From contig JAJZUU010000008.1 in the NCBI GenBank assembly GCA_021848325.1, forward strand, positions 3,393 through 67,392: a stretch of DNA of 64,000 nt, read 5' to 3'. The stretch comes from Pseudomonadota bacterium. Its GTDB lineage: Bacteria > Pseudomonadota > Gammaproteobacteria > Burkholderiales > JAJZUU01. This document shows, piece by piece, positions 1-9,235 of this stretch (positions are counted from its first letter, which is position 1; each line of letters starts with the position of its first letter). Both the position numbers and the translations under genes were made by a program. The notes beneath the pieces are model-generated. The model did not search any database. It was not told the DNA's origin and was given only the letters and a program-made list of their open reading frames with translations.

Positions 1-1251
1 CTGGATGCCCTGATGTACGCCGTCACCCACGGCGAGGGCATGGTCAAGGTGAGCGGGGAGGTGGGCAGCGGCAAGACCATGCTGTGCCGCATGCTGGCGG
101 CGCGGCTTCCCCCGGAGATCGAGACCGTCTACCTGGCCCACCCCAGCGTCTCGCCGCAGGAGGTGCTGCACGCCATCGCGCTGGAGATGGGGCTGGCGGT
201 GCCGCGCGAGGCCTCCCGTCTGGAACTCACCCACGCCCTGCAACAGCACCTGCTGACGTGCCATGACCAGGGAAAACGGGTGGTGTTGCTGGTGGAGGAG
301 GCGCAAGGCATGCCGCTGGACACACTGGAGGAGGTCCGCCTGCTGTCCAATCTGGAGACGGAACGGGAAAAGCTGCTCCAGATCGTGCTGTTCGGCCAGC
401 CGGAACTGGACGAGCACCTTGCCCGCCCCGACATGCGCCAGCTCAAGGAACGCATCACCCACAGCTTCGCCCTGGCGCCGCTGGCGCCGGGGGAGATCAG
501 GGATTACCTGGGCTTCCGCCTGCGCGCGGCGGGTTACCGCGGTCCGGACCTATTTTCCGGTCCGGTGGTGCGCCACATCGCCCGTTACTCCCGGGGACTC
601 ACCCGGCGCGTCAACATCATCGCCGACAAGGCCATGCTGGCGGCGTTTTCCGCCGGCACCCACGACATCTCCCCGAACCACATCCATGCCGCGGCCAAGG
701 ACAGCGAGTACCGGGCGCAGAGGGGATGGCCCGCCCGCCGCGGGGCCGCCGCCGGACTCGCCTTGCTGGCCGCGCTCGGCGGGCTGGGCATGGCGATGCG
801 CGCTGCCAACCCGCCCCGGGCTCGCGGGCAGGCGGTGCCCCGGCCGGCCGTCGCCGCGCCGGCCGCAGCGGCCCGAACCGTCCCGGTAGACAAATTGCCG
901 GCGGCGGACGCCAACAGCGCCGACCTGCTGGAGGCGCGGCTTGCCGCCACCGCCCGCTGGCTGGCCCGGGAAAAGCCGCGCACTTTCACCATCCAGTTGC
1001 TGGGCACAAACAACCGGACGCAGCTTGAAGGCTATCTGGCAAGCCTCGACCCGCTGATCGGGCTGGACCGGGTCTTCGTGTACCGCACCGTGGCGGGCGG
1101 AAGGCCTTGGCTTGCCGTGCTGTACGGCCGCTTCAGCGGCCGCGCCGAGGCGCAGCGGGCGCTGGCGCGGTTGCCGGCGCGACTCAAGTCCCAGCATCCG
1201 TACCTGAGATCGGTGCAGGGAATCCGGGCCGAGACCGGCAGTGCTGCGTGA
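1..1251 (+). CDS. mshM: ExeA/MshM-like AAA+ ATPase fused to a TM segment and a SPOR-like C-terminal domain (5' end probably cut by window edge)
   Basis: The reading frame is open to base 1. It has a P-loop (GEVGSGKT) and the ExeA-type core (VVLLVEEAQ, LLQIVLFGQPEL). A hydrophobic segment (AAAGLALLAALGGLGMAM) is followed by a SPOR-like module (TFTIQLLG...WLAVLYGRFSGRAEAQRAL). It lies directly upstream of the secretin gene. Confidence 0.75.
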   Translation: MDALMYAVTHGEGMVKVSGEVGSGKTMLCRMLAARLPPEIETVYLAHPSVSPQEVLHAIALEMGLAVPREASRLELTHALQQHLLTCHDQGKRVVLLVEEAQGMPLDTLEEVRLLSNLETEREKLLQIVLFGQPELDEHLARPDMRQLKERITHSFALAPLAPGEIRDYLGFRLRAAGYRGPDLFSGPVVRHIARYSRGLTRRVNIIADKAMLAAFSAGTHDISPNHIHAAAKDSEYRAQRGWPARRGAAAGLALLAALGGLGMAMRAANPPRARGQAVPRPAVAAPAAAARTVPVDKLPAADANSADLLEARLAATARWLAREKPRTFTIQLLGTNNRTQLEGYLASLDPLIGLDRVFVYRTVAGGRPWLAVLYGRFSGRAEAQRALARLPARLKSQHPYLRSVQGIRAETGSAA

Positions 1252-1422
1252 CATCTGCGACTCAATGACGGGAGAGCGCCCACCGACCGTATCCGGGGAA
1301 CGTGATATGATGACGGCAAGGTCCATTTCCCTGCGCGGCGGGGTTTGGCAACTGTCTGCCGTAAGACCGAGAGAGGTGCCATGAAAGCCATAATTCGTGC
1401 CTCGGAGGGAGGCGAGCCGCGC

Positions 1423-3243
1423 ATGCCGGGCCGCCGCTGGCTACCGGCCGCTGCCGGCCTTCTGTTGCTGTCCGGCTGTGCGCACGAGTCCCGCATCGTC
1501 CCCTCCCAGGGCCATATCCAGTTGCAACCCGAGGCGGCCAAGGCGGAACGGATCCCCCCGCCGGTCACCGTCAGCGGCTATGTCCCGCCGCCCAAGGCGC
1601 GGCCGAAGCCCCAGACCTACACCGTGGTGGTGAACGAGGTGCCCGCCAAGGAGTTGCTGTTTGCCCTGGCCCGGGACACCAAGCTTAATATCGACGTCCA
1701 CCCGGCGATCCGCGGGCTGGTGACCCTCAACGCCATCAACGAAACGCTCCCCGCCATCCTGGATCGCATCGCCCAGCAGGTGAATATCCGCTATAAGCAG
1801 GACGGCGACACCCTGGTCGTCACTCCCGACACGCCCTATCTGCATACCTACCGGGTCAACTACGTGAATCTGGCCCGGGACACCACCTCCTCCATCGACG
1901 TCTCGACCCAGATCGCCAGTACCGGGACGGTGGGCGCAGGCGGGCCCGCGGGACAGCAGGGCGGCATCGGGAACGGCTCCAGGACCTCGGTCACGACCAC
2001 TTCCAGCAACAATTTCTGGGAGATACTGACCCGGAATCTCCACCATATCCTGAGCTCCACCCGCGCCGCCGAACTGAGCCAGGATCAAAGGGCCGACCGC
2101 GCGGAAACCGCGCGCGCCGCCCGGGAGGAGCGCCTGCGCCAGGCGGAAGCGGTCAGCCGTGCCGGAAGTGCGGCCGCCACCCTGTTCACCGCGGCGTTCG
2201 GCGGCCGGTCAACCGGGCAGGGGGACGACGGCAAGGACGACGTGATCGTCAACCCGGTGGCGGGAACGGTCTCGGTGCTGGCCAGCCAGCGTCAGCAGGT
2301 TCTGATCCAGCAATACCTGGACAGCGTGCAGGCCTCGGTGCAGCGCCAAGTGCTGATCGAGGCCACCATTGTGGAAGTCGCCCTCAAGGACCAGTACCGC
2401 GCCGGGGTGGACTGGAGCCGCCTGTCCAACCAGGCGGGTTTCAGCTTCGGGGCCACCCCCCCCACGGTCACCGGCTTCACCTTCCAGACCACCCCCGGCG
2501 GGACCAGCAACCTGGCCAACACCCTCTCGCCTTTCTTCAGCATCGGCTATTCCAACCAGGCATCGGCCTTCAGCATCGCCCTCAGCCTGCTGGAGTCCTA
2601 CGGCAAGACCCGGGTGCTGTCCAGCCCCAAGATCATGGCCCTCAACAATCAGACCGCCCTGCTCAAGGTGGTGGATAATGTGGTCTACTTCTCGGTGGAC
2701 GTGCAGCCCGGCACCAACCTGGCCGGCGGCGGCTCCACCAATCCGACCTATTCCACCACCGCCCACACGGTGCCGGTGGGCGTAGTAATGAGCGTCACCC
2801 CCCAGATCAGCGGCAACGGCGTGGTCTCGCTCACGGTGCGCCCCACCATCTCCCGCATCGTGGGCGTCACGAACGACCCCAACCCGGAGTTGGCCAAGGC
2901 GAACCCCCCGGTCAAGAACCCGGTGCCCGAGATCCAGGTGCGGGAAATGGAGTCCGTGCTGCAGGTGAATAGCGGCCAGACCGTCATCCTTGGGGGGCTG
3001 ATGCAGGACGACAGCGCCCATGCCCGGGACGGGATACCTGGGCTTTCCGAGGCGGAAGGCGTCGGCGGCCTGTTCGGCCAGAGAGAGGAGCAGACCAGCC
3101 AAACCGAGCTGGTGATCTTTCTGCGTCCCACGGTGATCACCAACCCCAGCCTGGACAGCGACGAGCTCAAATTCTACCGCCGCTACCTGCCCTCCGGCAC
3201 GGCGGACGGCGGGCCGCAAGCGCGCACCCCCCAGAGCCCATGA
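1423..3243 (+). CDS. mshL: Type IV pilus (MSHA-type) secretin lipoprotein
   Basis: A lipobox (LLLLSGC) follows MPGRRWLPAAAG. The C-terminal secretin core is present (VLSSPKIMALNNQTALLKV, ELVIFLRPTVI). A GGGAGG-like SD lies about 12 nt before ATG 1423. The ORF is open from 1345, so the start is uncertain. Confidence 0.85.
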   Translation: MPGRRWLPAAAGLLLLSGCAHESRIVPSQGHIQLQPEAAKAERIPPPVTVSGYVPPPKARPKPQTYTVVVNEVPAKELLFALARDTKLNIDVHPAIRGLVTLNAINETLPAILDRIAQQVNIRYKQDGDTLVVTPDTPYLHTYRVNYVNLARDTTSSIDVSTQIASTGTVGAGGPAGQQGGIGNGSRTSVTTTSSNNFWEILTRNLHHILSSTRAAELSQDQRADRAETARAAREERLRQAEAVSRAGSAAATLFTAAFGGRSTGQGDDGKDDVIVNPVAGTVSVLASQRQQVLIQQYLDSVQASVQRQVLIEATIVEVALKDQYRAGVDWSRLSNQAGFSFGATPPTVTGFTFQTTPGGTSNLANTLSPFFSIGYSNQASAFSIALSLLESYGKTRVLSSPKIMALNNQTALLKVVDNVVYFSVDVQPGTNLAGGGSTNPTYSTTAHTVPVGVVMSVTPQISGNGVVSLTVRPTISRIVGVTNDPNPELAKANPPVKNPVPEIQVREMESVLQVNSGQTVILGGLMQDDSAHARDGIPGLSEAEGVGGLFGQREEQTSQTELVIFLRPTVITNPSLDSDELKFYRRYLPSGTADGGPQARTPQSP

Positions 3244-4334
3244 GCCTGTTGATGAAGGCCTTGAAAAAGGCCGAACAAAACCAAAAGGAAAGCTCTTCCG
3301 CAGGGCAGCACCCCGGCGCAGAAACCGGGCAGCAGGCCGAGTGCGGTGACGGCCGCCGGCACCAGCCTGCACCCCTGCCGTTCCTGGCACCGCAACCGCA
3401 GCGCAAGTGGCTGGTGCCGGCCACCGCGGCGCTGGCCACCGTGGTCGCAACGGCATGGGGGATATACATCTACCTGGAGACCTCCGCGCCCATCCCGCTC
3501 ACCCTGCCGCCCCAGCCCTCCCCTGCACGGCCCGCCGACCACATGCCAGCCCCCCCTGTCTCGCACCGCGCCGGGCCACGGTCAAACCCGCCGAGCACCT
3601 CCCTTCCCGAGGAACGACCCCAAGTGGCGCCTGCGCCGCCCGGCCGCGACAGAGGCACGCCACAGCGGGCGCACCCGGTTCAGCCACCCGCGAGCGCCAC
3701 GCCGGCCGCCCGGGCGTCGGTGATAAAAGTCGACCCGGGGGACGCGCAGGCGGCCGTGGACCCCACGCTCAGCCGGGCCTACCAGGCGCTTCGGCAGGGC
3801 CGGCACGAGGCCGCCCGGGCCCTGTACCAGCGGCTCCTCGAGTCGGACCCGGACAGTGTGGACGCGCTGCTGGGTCTCGCTGTGATCGCCGCGCGCCGGA
3901 ATGAGGCGGAGCAATCCGCCGAATACTATCTGCGGGTGCTGCGACTGGATCCCAAAAACCCGGTGGCCCAGGCCGGGCTGATCGGCCTTACGGGCGGCTC
4001 CGACCCATTGGCCAGCGAGTCGCGCCTGCAGCGGCTGCTCGCTCGCCAGCCGGCGGCCTTCCTGTTTTTCGCCCTGGGCAACCTGTACGCCGGCCAGGCC
4101 CGCTGGCCCGCCGCCGAGGGGGCCTATTTCGAGGCCTACCAGAAGGACCCGGGCGACCCGGATTATGCCTTCAACCTTGCCGTGAGCCTGGATCACCTGA
4201 CCCAGCGCAAGGCGGCCCTGTCGTACTATCGGCGGGCGCAGCAACTGGCGCAGGCGAAAGGCGGCCACGGCTTCGACCCGGCCCTGCTGGCGGCCCGCAT
4301 CGCCCGGCTTTCCGCCGAAGGGGACGGGAAATGA
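3240..4334 (+). CDS. mshN: TPR-repeat pilus biogenesis protein (MshN-like)
   Basis: ATGA overlap with the secretin stop codon. It has an N-terminal TM segment, a Pro-rich linker, then TPR-like repeats (AYQALRQGRHEAARALYQRLLESDPDSVDALLGLAV..., YFEAYQKDPGDPDYAFNLAVSL). Its position between the secretin and the ATPase matches MSHA loci. Confidence 0.6.
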   Translation: MSLLMKALKKAEQNQKESSSAGQHPGAETGQQAECGDGRRHQPAPLPFLAPQPQRKWLVPATAALATVVATAWGIYIYLETSAPIPLTLPPQPSPARPADHMPAPPVSHRAGPRSNPPSTSLPEERPQVAPAPPGRDRGTPQRAHPVQPPASATPAARASVIKVDPGDAQAAVDPTLSRAYQALRQGRHEAARALYQRLLESDPDSVDALLGLAVIAARRNEAEQSAEYYLRVLRLDPKNPVAQAGLIGLTGGSDPLASESRLQRLLARQPAAFLFFALGNLYAGQARWPAAEGAYFEAYQKDPGDPDYAFNLAVSLDHLTQRKAALSYYRRAQQLAQAKGGHGFDPALLAARIARLSAEGDGK

Positions 4335-6043
4335 CGCCGCACGAGGAGGACAGGAAGTTGCGGGTCGGCGATCTGCTGGTGCAGCAGGGGGCTGTGACCC
4401 AGGACCAACTGCGCATCGCGCTGATGGAACAGCGGCACAGCAACCTGCCCCTGGGGCGGCAGTTGGTTCGGCTGGGCTTCGTCACCGAGGCCATGATCCG
4501 CGATCTGCTGGCCCATGCCATCGGCCAGGAGAGCGTCGACCTGGCCACCGTGGTGGCCGACGCCGAGGCCCTCAAACTCGTACCGGAGGACTTCGCGCGC
4601 CGCAACCACCTGCTGCCCATCGCCTACGATGGCGAGAACCTGAACCTGGTGGTGGCCATTACGGACATGTTCAACGTGGTGGCGCTGGACCAGTTGCGCG
4701 CCACCCTGGGCGGTCAGATCGACATCGAGACCGTGCTCGCCGGCGAGGCGCAACTGGAAGAGTACATCGACCATTTCTACGGCTTCGAACTCTCGGTGGA
4801 CGGCATCCTGCGCGAGATCGAGACCGGGGAGATCGACTACCAGAGCCTGCAGGCGGGCAGCGGCGAATACACCCAGCCGGTGGTGCGTCTGGTGGGCGCC
4901 CTGATGGCCGACGCCGTCAAGCGGCGTGCCTCGGATATCCACTTCGAGCCGGAACAGGCCTTCCTGCGCATCCGCTACCGCGTCGACGGGGTGCTGGAGC
5001 AGGTGCGCAGCCTGCACAAGACCTATTGGCCGGGCATAGCGGTGCGGCTCAAGGTGATCAGCGGGATGAACATCGCCGAGACCCGGGCCCCCCAGGACGG
5101 GCGCCTGTCCCTCAACCTGAACGGCCGCCCCATCGACTTCAGGGTGTCCAGCCAGCCCACCATCTACGGCGAGAATATCGTGCTGCGGGTACTGGACCGG
5201 GAAAAATCCATCATCCCCCTGGCACAGATGGGGCTGCCCGCGGCGACTCTGGAAACCCTGAAGCTGATGATGGCCCGCCCCGAGGGCATCGTCATCGTCA
5301 CCGGCCCCACCGGCAGCGGCAAGACCACCACCCTGTACTCCCTGCTCAGCAATGTCAACAACGAGACGGTCAACATCATGACCCTGGAGGATCCGGTGGA
5401 ATACCCGGTCACCCTGATGCGCCAAACCTCGGTCAACGAGGCGGTGAAGATGGATTTCGCCAACGGCATCCGCTCCATCATGCGCCAGGACCCGGACATC
5501 ATCCTGGTGGGCGAAATCCGCGACCGGGACACGGCGGAGATGGCCTTGCGCGCCGCCATGACCGGCCACCAGGTGTATACTACCCTGCACACCAATTCCG
5601 CGCTGGGGGCCTTTCCCCGCCTGCAGGACATCGGCATCACACCGGAGATCATGGCGGGCAACGTGATCGGGGTGATCGCCCAGCGCCTGGTGCGGGTGCT
5701 CTGCCCCGAGTGCAAGGAGAGCTACCCGCCGAGCGAGGAGGAAAACCGGCTGCTGGCCCTTTACGGCGCGGCCGCCTCCGATGCCCTGTATCGGGCCGTC
5801 GGCTGCCCGCATTGCGCCTTCAAGGGGTACAAGGGGCGTCTGGCGCTGATGGAGCTGCTGCGCATGGACGGCGACCTGGACGAGTTGATCGCCCGCCGCG
5901 CCACCGCCAAGGAACTGCGGGAGGCGGCCCTCGGCAAAGGCTTCAAGACCCTGGCCGAGGACGGCGTGCGGCGGGTGCTGGAGGGCTGCACCAGCCTGGC
6001 CGAGGTATCGCGCGTGGTGGACCTGACCGGGCGCCTGCAATAG
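4331..6043 (+). CDS. mshE: GspE/PilB-family pilus assembly ATPase with MshEN-type N-terminal domain
   Basis: Walker A (GPTGSGKTTT), Asp box/Walker B (DPDIILVGEIRD), His box (TGHQVYTTLHTN) and a tetracysteine motif (CPEC...CPHC) are all present. The N-terminus carries two RxGxxLxxxGxxxxxxLxxxL-type motifs. Confidence 0.9.
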   Translation: MTPHEEDRKLRVGDLLVQQGAVTQDQLRIALMEQRHSNLPLGRQLVRLGFVTEAMIRDLLAHAIGQESVDLATVVADAEALKLVPEDFARRNHLLPIAYDGENLNLVVAITDMFNVVALDQLRATLGGQIDIETVLAGEAQLEEYIDHFYGFELSVDGILREIETGEIDYQSLQAGSGEYTQPVVRLVGALMADAVKRRASDIHFEPEQAFLRIRYRVDGVLEQVRSLHKTYWPGIAVRLKVISGMNIAETRAPQDGRLSLNLNGRPIDFRVSSQPTIYGENIVLRVLDREKSIIPLAQMGLPAATLETLKLMMARPEGIVIVTGPTGSGKTTTLYSLLSNVNNETVNIMTLEDPVEYPVTLMRQTSVNEAVKMDFANGIRSIMRQDPDIILVGEIRDRDTAEMALRAAMTGHQVYTTLHTNSALGAFPRLQDIGITPEIMAGNVIGVIAQRLVRVLCPECKESYPPSEEENRLLALYGAAASDALYRAVGCPHCAFKGYKGRLALMELLRMDGDLDELIARRATAKELREAALGKGFKTLAEDGVRRVLEGCTSLAEVSRVVDLTGRLQ

Positions 6044-6109
6044 CAACGAGGACCGGAGCGGGACCGGCCGAGGCTGCATCCGGACAACCCCTGGAAGCGC
6101 ATTCGCAAC

Positions 6110-7315
6110 ATGCCGAGCTATCAGTACAGAGCCGTCGACCGAACCGGGCGCCCCGCACGGGGAAGCCTGCGTGCGGCCAACGACGTGGACCTGGAATTGC
6201 GTCTGAAACGCATGGGCCTCGACCTCATCACCTGCCGCGAGATGCGGGAGGGGGGGCTGGGCGGTCGGCGCAGGCGGGTCACCCGCCAGGAGCTGATCAC
6301 CTTCTGCTTCCATCTGGAACAGGTGCAGCGCTCCGGGGTGCCCTTCCTGCAGGGCCTGAGGGACCTGCGGGACAGCACCGCCAACCCCCACTTCCGCGAG
6401 ATCGCGGCCACCATGCTGGAAGACATGGAGGGGGGAAAGATGCTGTCCCAGGCGCTAGCCGCGCACCCGAAGATCTTCGACGGCGTGTTCGTGAGCCTGG
6501 TCAAGGCCGGAGAGCAGACCGGCAGGCTGGACGAGGTGTTCGCCAACCTGGCCTCCCACATGAAATGGCAGGACGAACTGGTAACCCAGACCCGGCGCCT
6601 GCTGATCTACCCCGTATTCGTGCTGGTGGTGGTGACGGCGGTCATCGTCTTCCTGCTGACGTACCTGGTGCCGCAACTGGCGACGCTGCTGCGCAGCATG
6701 GGCGTGGCGCTGCCGCTGCAAACCCGGGTACTGATCGCCCTGTCCCGGGCGTTCGCCGCCTACTGGCCGGTCATCCTGGGGCTGCCGGTGCTTGCCGCCG
6801 CGGTGGCCGCCGCGGCCGTCAGCAGGAACGCCAAGGCGCGCTATCTGCTGGACCATTTCAAGCTGCGCCTGCCCCTGACCGGCGTTATCCTGCAGAAGAT
6901 CATCCTGGCGCGCTTTGCCAGCTTCCTGGCATTGATGTACCAGTCCGGGATCAGCCTGCTGGACGCCCTGCGGACCTGCGAGGAGATCGTCGGCAACCGG
7001 GTGCTGGCCGATGCCCTGCAACGGGCCGGACAGCAGATCAGCGCCGGCGACGGCCTGACCGAGAGCTTCAGGAACCTTGGCTTTTTCCCGCCGCTGGTGC
7101 TGCGCATGCTGGGGGTGGGGGAGAGCACCGGCGCCCTGGACAGTGCCTTGCTCAACGTCAGCTATTTCTATGATCGCGAGACCAAGGACTCCCTGGAGAA
7201 GGCGCTGAAACTGCTTGAGCCCGCGCTGACCGTAGTGCTGGGGTTGATCCTGGGGCTCATCATGTATTCGGTGCTGATGCCGATGTACGACGTCCTGGGG
7301 AAGCTTCCCCTATGA
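6110..7315 (+). CDS. mshG: Type II secretion system F-family / type IV pilus platform protein
   Basis: 401 aa with duplicated GspF-like halves. Typical C-terminal motif (ESTGALDSALLNVSYFYDRE) and 3 predicted TM blocks. Confidence 0.85.
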   Translation: MPSYQYRAVDRTGRPARGSLRAANDVDLELRLKRMGLDLITCREMREGGLGGRRRRVTRQELITFCFHLEQVQRSGVPFLQGLRDLRDSTANPHFREIAATMLEDMEGGKMLSQALAAHPKIFDGVFVSLVKAGEQTGRLDEVFANLASHMKWQDELVTQTRRLLIYPVFVLVVVTAVIVFLLTYLVPQLATLLRSMGVALPLQTRVLIALSRAFAAYWPVILGLPVLAAAVAAAAVSRNAKARYLLDHFKLRLPLTGVILQKIILARFASFLALMYQSGISLLDALRTCEEIVGNRVLADALQRAGQQISAGDGLTESFRNLGFFPPLVLRMLGVGESTGALDSALLNVSYFYDRETKDSLEKALKLLEPALTVVLGLILGLIMYSVLMPMYDVLGKLPL

Positions 7316-7372
7316 CCCGGGAACGGCCGGCCTTGCGTCCGGTGCGCCTTCCCCGGCGTGGAGGGTGACCCG

Positions 7373-8905
7373 GTGCCGGGAAAGATCCTGCTATACGTAT
7401 CCGCGCGGCAGGCCAGCGCCGTCCGCTGGCGCGCCGGCAGACTGGCGTGGTGCCGCGAATTCACCAACGACCAGGACGGATGGGCGGAATTCAGCAGCCT
7501 GCTTTTGTCCCACCCCGGGACCCCCGTTTACCTGCTGGTGGACGCGGTGGAGGAAGACTACCGCAACGAGATCCTGCCCCACGCCGCGGGTGCCGCCCGG
7601 CGGGAGATGCTGGCGCGCAAGCTCAGGCAGTTCTACCGCGCCACCCCCTATCGCGCCGTATGGCCGCAAGGGCGGGACGCGGATAAACGGCGCGACGATC
7701 GCTACCTGTTCACCGCCCTGACCAACCCCGAACTGCTGCGTCCCTGGCTGGAGATCGTGCAGACGCGGCGGGCGCCGCTGGCGGGCATTTTTCTGCTGCC
7801 CATGGTGAGCCAGCAACTGCTGGGCAGCCTGCAGGTGCGCGCCTCCAAATTGCTTCTGGTGTCGCAACACAGCGGCGGTTTACGCCAAAGCTTCTTCCAG
7901 GACATGAAGCTCAAGATAAGCCGGCTCACGCCGCTGGAGGTCCCGGGCAGTCAGACGATGACCACCTACGCCGAAGAGATAGAAAAGACCCGCTTTTATC
8001 TCAACAGCCTGCGACTGACCACGCGCGAGGAGCGCCTTGCCGTGTGCGTGCTAGACCCGTCCGGCACCCTGGGCGAACTGTGCCGGGTGCTCGCCGCCGA
8101 TCCGGGCCTGCAATGCCTGCCCATCGACCACGCCACGGCCAACAGTCGCCTTGGACTGACTACGGCCATCCTGGCCGGCTGTCCCAACGCCTTCCATCTG
8201 GCCGCGCTCGGCGCCCGGCCTCCGGACATCAGCCTCGCCCCGGCTGCGCTCACCCGGGGTTTCCTGCACTACCGGGTACGCCTGGTGCTGTACGGAGTGG
8301 GTGCCGCCGCCGCGCTGGCCGGTGCCATCTGGGGCGGCGCCAATCTCTACCTGGCGGGCGCCTACCGGCAACAGAGCAGCCTGCTGGCGGCGCGAACCAG
8401 GCAGCAGGACGCCCTGTACCTGACGGCGGCCAGGCACTTCCCGGACGCTCCCACCTCTGCGGAAAGGCTGCTGAAAGCCGTGGAAGCGGCGCAGCGGATC
8501 CGGCAGCAGCGCCCCTCGCCGCAGATTCTGATGGAGGTGCTCAGCCAAGCCCTGGAAGCCCATCCTTCCATCGAACTGGATCGCTTCCAGTGGGAATCCG
8601 GGGCCGCGCCGCCCGTTCCCGGAGACGGCGGTCGGCCGGAACGGGCGCTGTCGCAACACGCCCAGATTGGCTATATTGAAGCCCGGGTATCGCCCTTTGA
8701 CGGAGACTACCGGGCCATGCTGGAAAAAATCGAGTCCTTCGCGGAAAGCCTGAGGAAGAACCCGTATGTGACGCAAGTCAGCACCGTGGCGCTGCCCCTG
8801 AACGTCGCCCCGGATTCCAGCCTCGCCGGCACCACCGCGGAGGGCGCGGGCGCCCCCGCCGTCGCCAGCTTCAAACTCAAGCTGGTGTTGCGGCAGCACC
8901 AGTGA
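7373..8905 (+). CDS. Pilus assembly protein, PilM-PilN-fusion-like topology (MshI-like), otherwise uncharacterised
   Basis: GTG at 7373 has a GGAGGG SD 7 nt upstream. GTG at 7358 is an alternative start. About 300 aa are cytoplasmic, followed by one TM (LVLYGVGAAAALAGAIWGGANLYLAGAY), a coiled coil and an alpha/beta C-terminus as in PilN. The call rests on context and topology only. Confidence 0.55.
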   Translation: MPGKILLYVSARQASAVRWRAGRLAWCREFTNDQDGWAEFSSLLLSHPGTPVYLLVDAVEEDYRNEILPHAAGAARREMLARKLRQFYRATPYRAVWPQGRDADKRRDDRYLFTALTNPELLRPWLEIVQTRRAPLAGIFLLPMVSQQLLGSLQVRASKLLLVSQHSGGLRQSFFQDMKLKISRLTPLEVPGSQTMTTYAEEIEKTRFYLNSLRLTTREERLAVCVLDPSGTLGELCRVLAADPGLQCLPIDHATANSRLGLTTAILAGCPNAFHLAALGARPPDISLAPAALTRGFLHYRVRLVLYGVGAAAALAGAIWGGANLYLAGAYRQQSSLLAARTRQQDALYLTAARHFPDAPTSAERLLKAVEAAQRIRQQRPSPQILMEVLSQALEAHPSIELDRFQWESGAAPPVPGDGGRPERALSQHAQIGYIEARVSPFDGDYRAMLEKIESFAESLRKNPYVTQVSTVALPLNVAPDSSLAGTTAEGAGAPAVASFKLKLVLRQHQ

Positions 8906-8975
8906 CCCGGCTACGGACAAGCCGGGGACAATGCCGGAGCCGACATTGCTATTAACCCGGCCCAATAATTCCGTC

Positions 8976-8995
8976 GCTCCCGCGCAAGCGGGAGC
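8976..8995. repeat. REP-like GC hairpin (GCTCCCGC-GCAA-GCGGGAGC)
   Basis: Perfect 8-bp stem with a 4-nt loop, located 13 nt left of MITE-1 copy 1. Confidence 0.6.
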
Positions 8996-9008
8996 CCAGT
9001 AAAACTGG

Positions 9009-9215
9009 CTAGGAGCCTGTCGGACTTGAAGAATCGAAGCGAAGCGGGTCAGGCAGGCAAGCCGCGTAGCGGCTGCTCGCAAAATTCGGCTGGCCGAGGA
9101 CAGATTTTGTCGATTTTGCAGGTCAATAGTCGTTCTATTGACCAAAAAAGCGGCGAAACATGGACCGGTCAGGTGGATTTGCAGCCGATTTCCTTTAAGT
9201 CCGACAGGCTCCTAG
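9009..9215 (+). mobile_element. MITE-1 copy 1 (207 bp non-autonomous element, 19-bp terminal inverted repeats, CTAG at both ends)
   Basis: Starts ctaggagcctgtcggactt and ends aagtccgacaggctcctag. Near-identical copies lie at 27621-27827, 30116-30322 and 48922-49089. It contains an internal hairpin (ggtcaatag-tcgtt-ctattgacc). Confidence 0.9.
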
Positions 9216-9235
9216 ATTCCCGCCTTCGCGGGAAT
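9216..9235. repeat. REP-like hairpin ATTCCC-N8-GGGAAT (attcccgccttcgcgggaat)
   Basis: 8-bp stem immediately right of MITE-1 copy 1. It has the same architecture as the Neisseria dRS3-type repeat pattern. In one frame it translates to the LDSRLRGND peptide seen in spurious ORFs of many proteobacteria. Confidence 0.6.

Noticed and set aside
1346-1359. Sigma-54-like sequence tggcaactgtctgc upstream of the secretin gene.
   Set aside because: The GG-to-GC spacing is one nucleotide too short relative to the TGGCACG-N4-TTGC consensus.
4226-6391. Very long antisense or alternative-frame ORFs. Examples: 4226-6391 (-), 5026-7173 (+), 17253-19127 (+), 31503-33446 (-), 34466-36292 (+), 40699-43122 (+), 57541-59901 (+), 61211-63124 (+).
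   Set aside because: They overlap genes that have clear family motifs. They are extremely Arg/Gly/Pro/His-rich and show no recognisable domains. Shadow ORFs of this kind are expected at about 65% GC.
8972-9004. gtcgctcccgcgcaagcgggagcccagtaaaac looks like a type I CRISPR repeat (GTCGC..., palindromic core, AAAC tail).
   Set aside because: It is a single copy with no spacer-repeat periodicity and no cas genes in the window.
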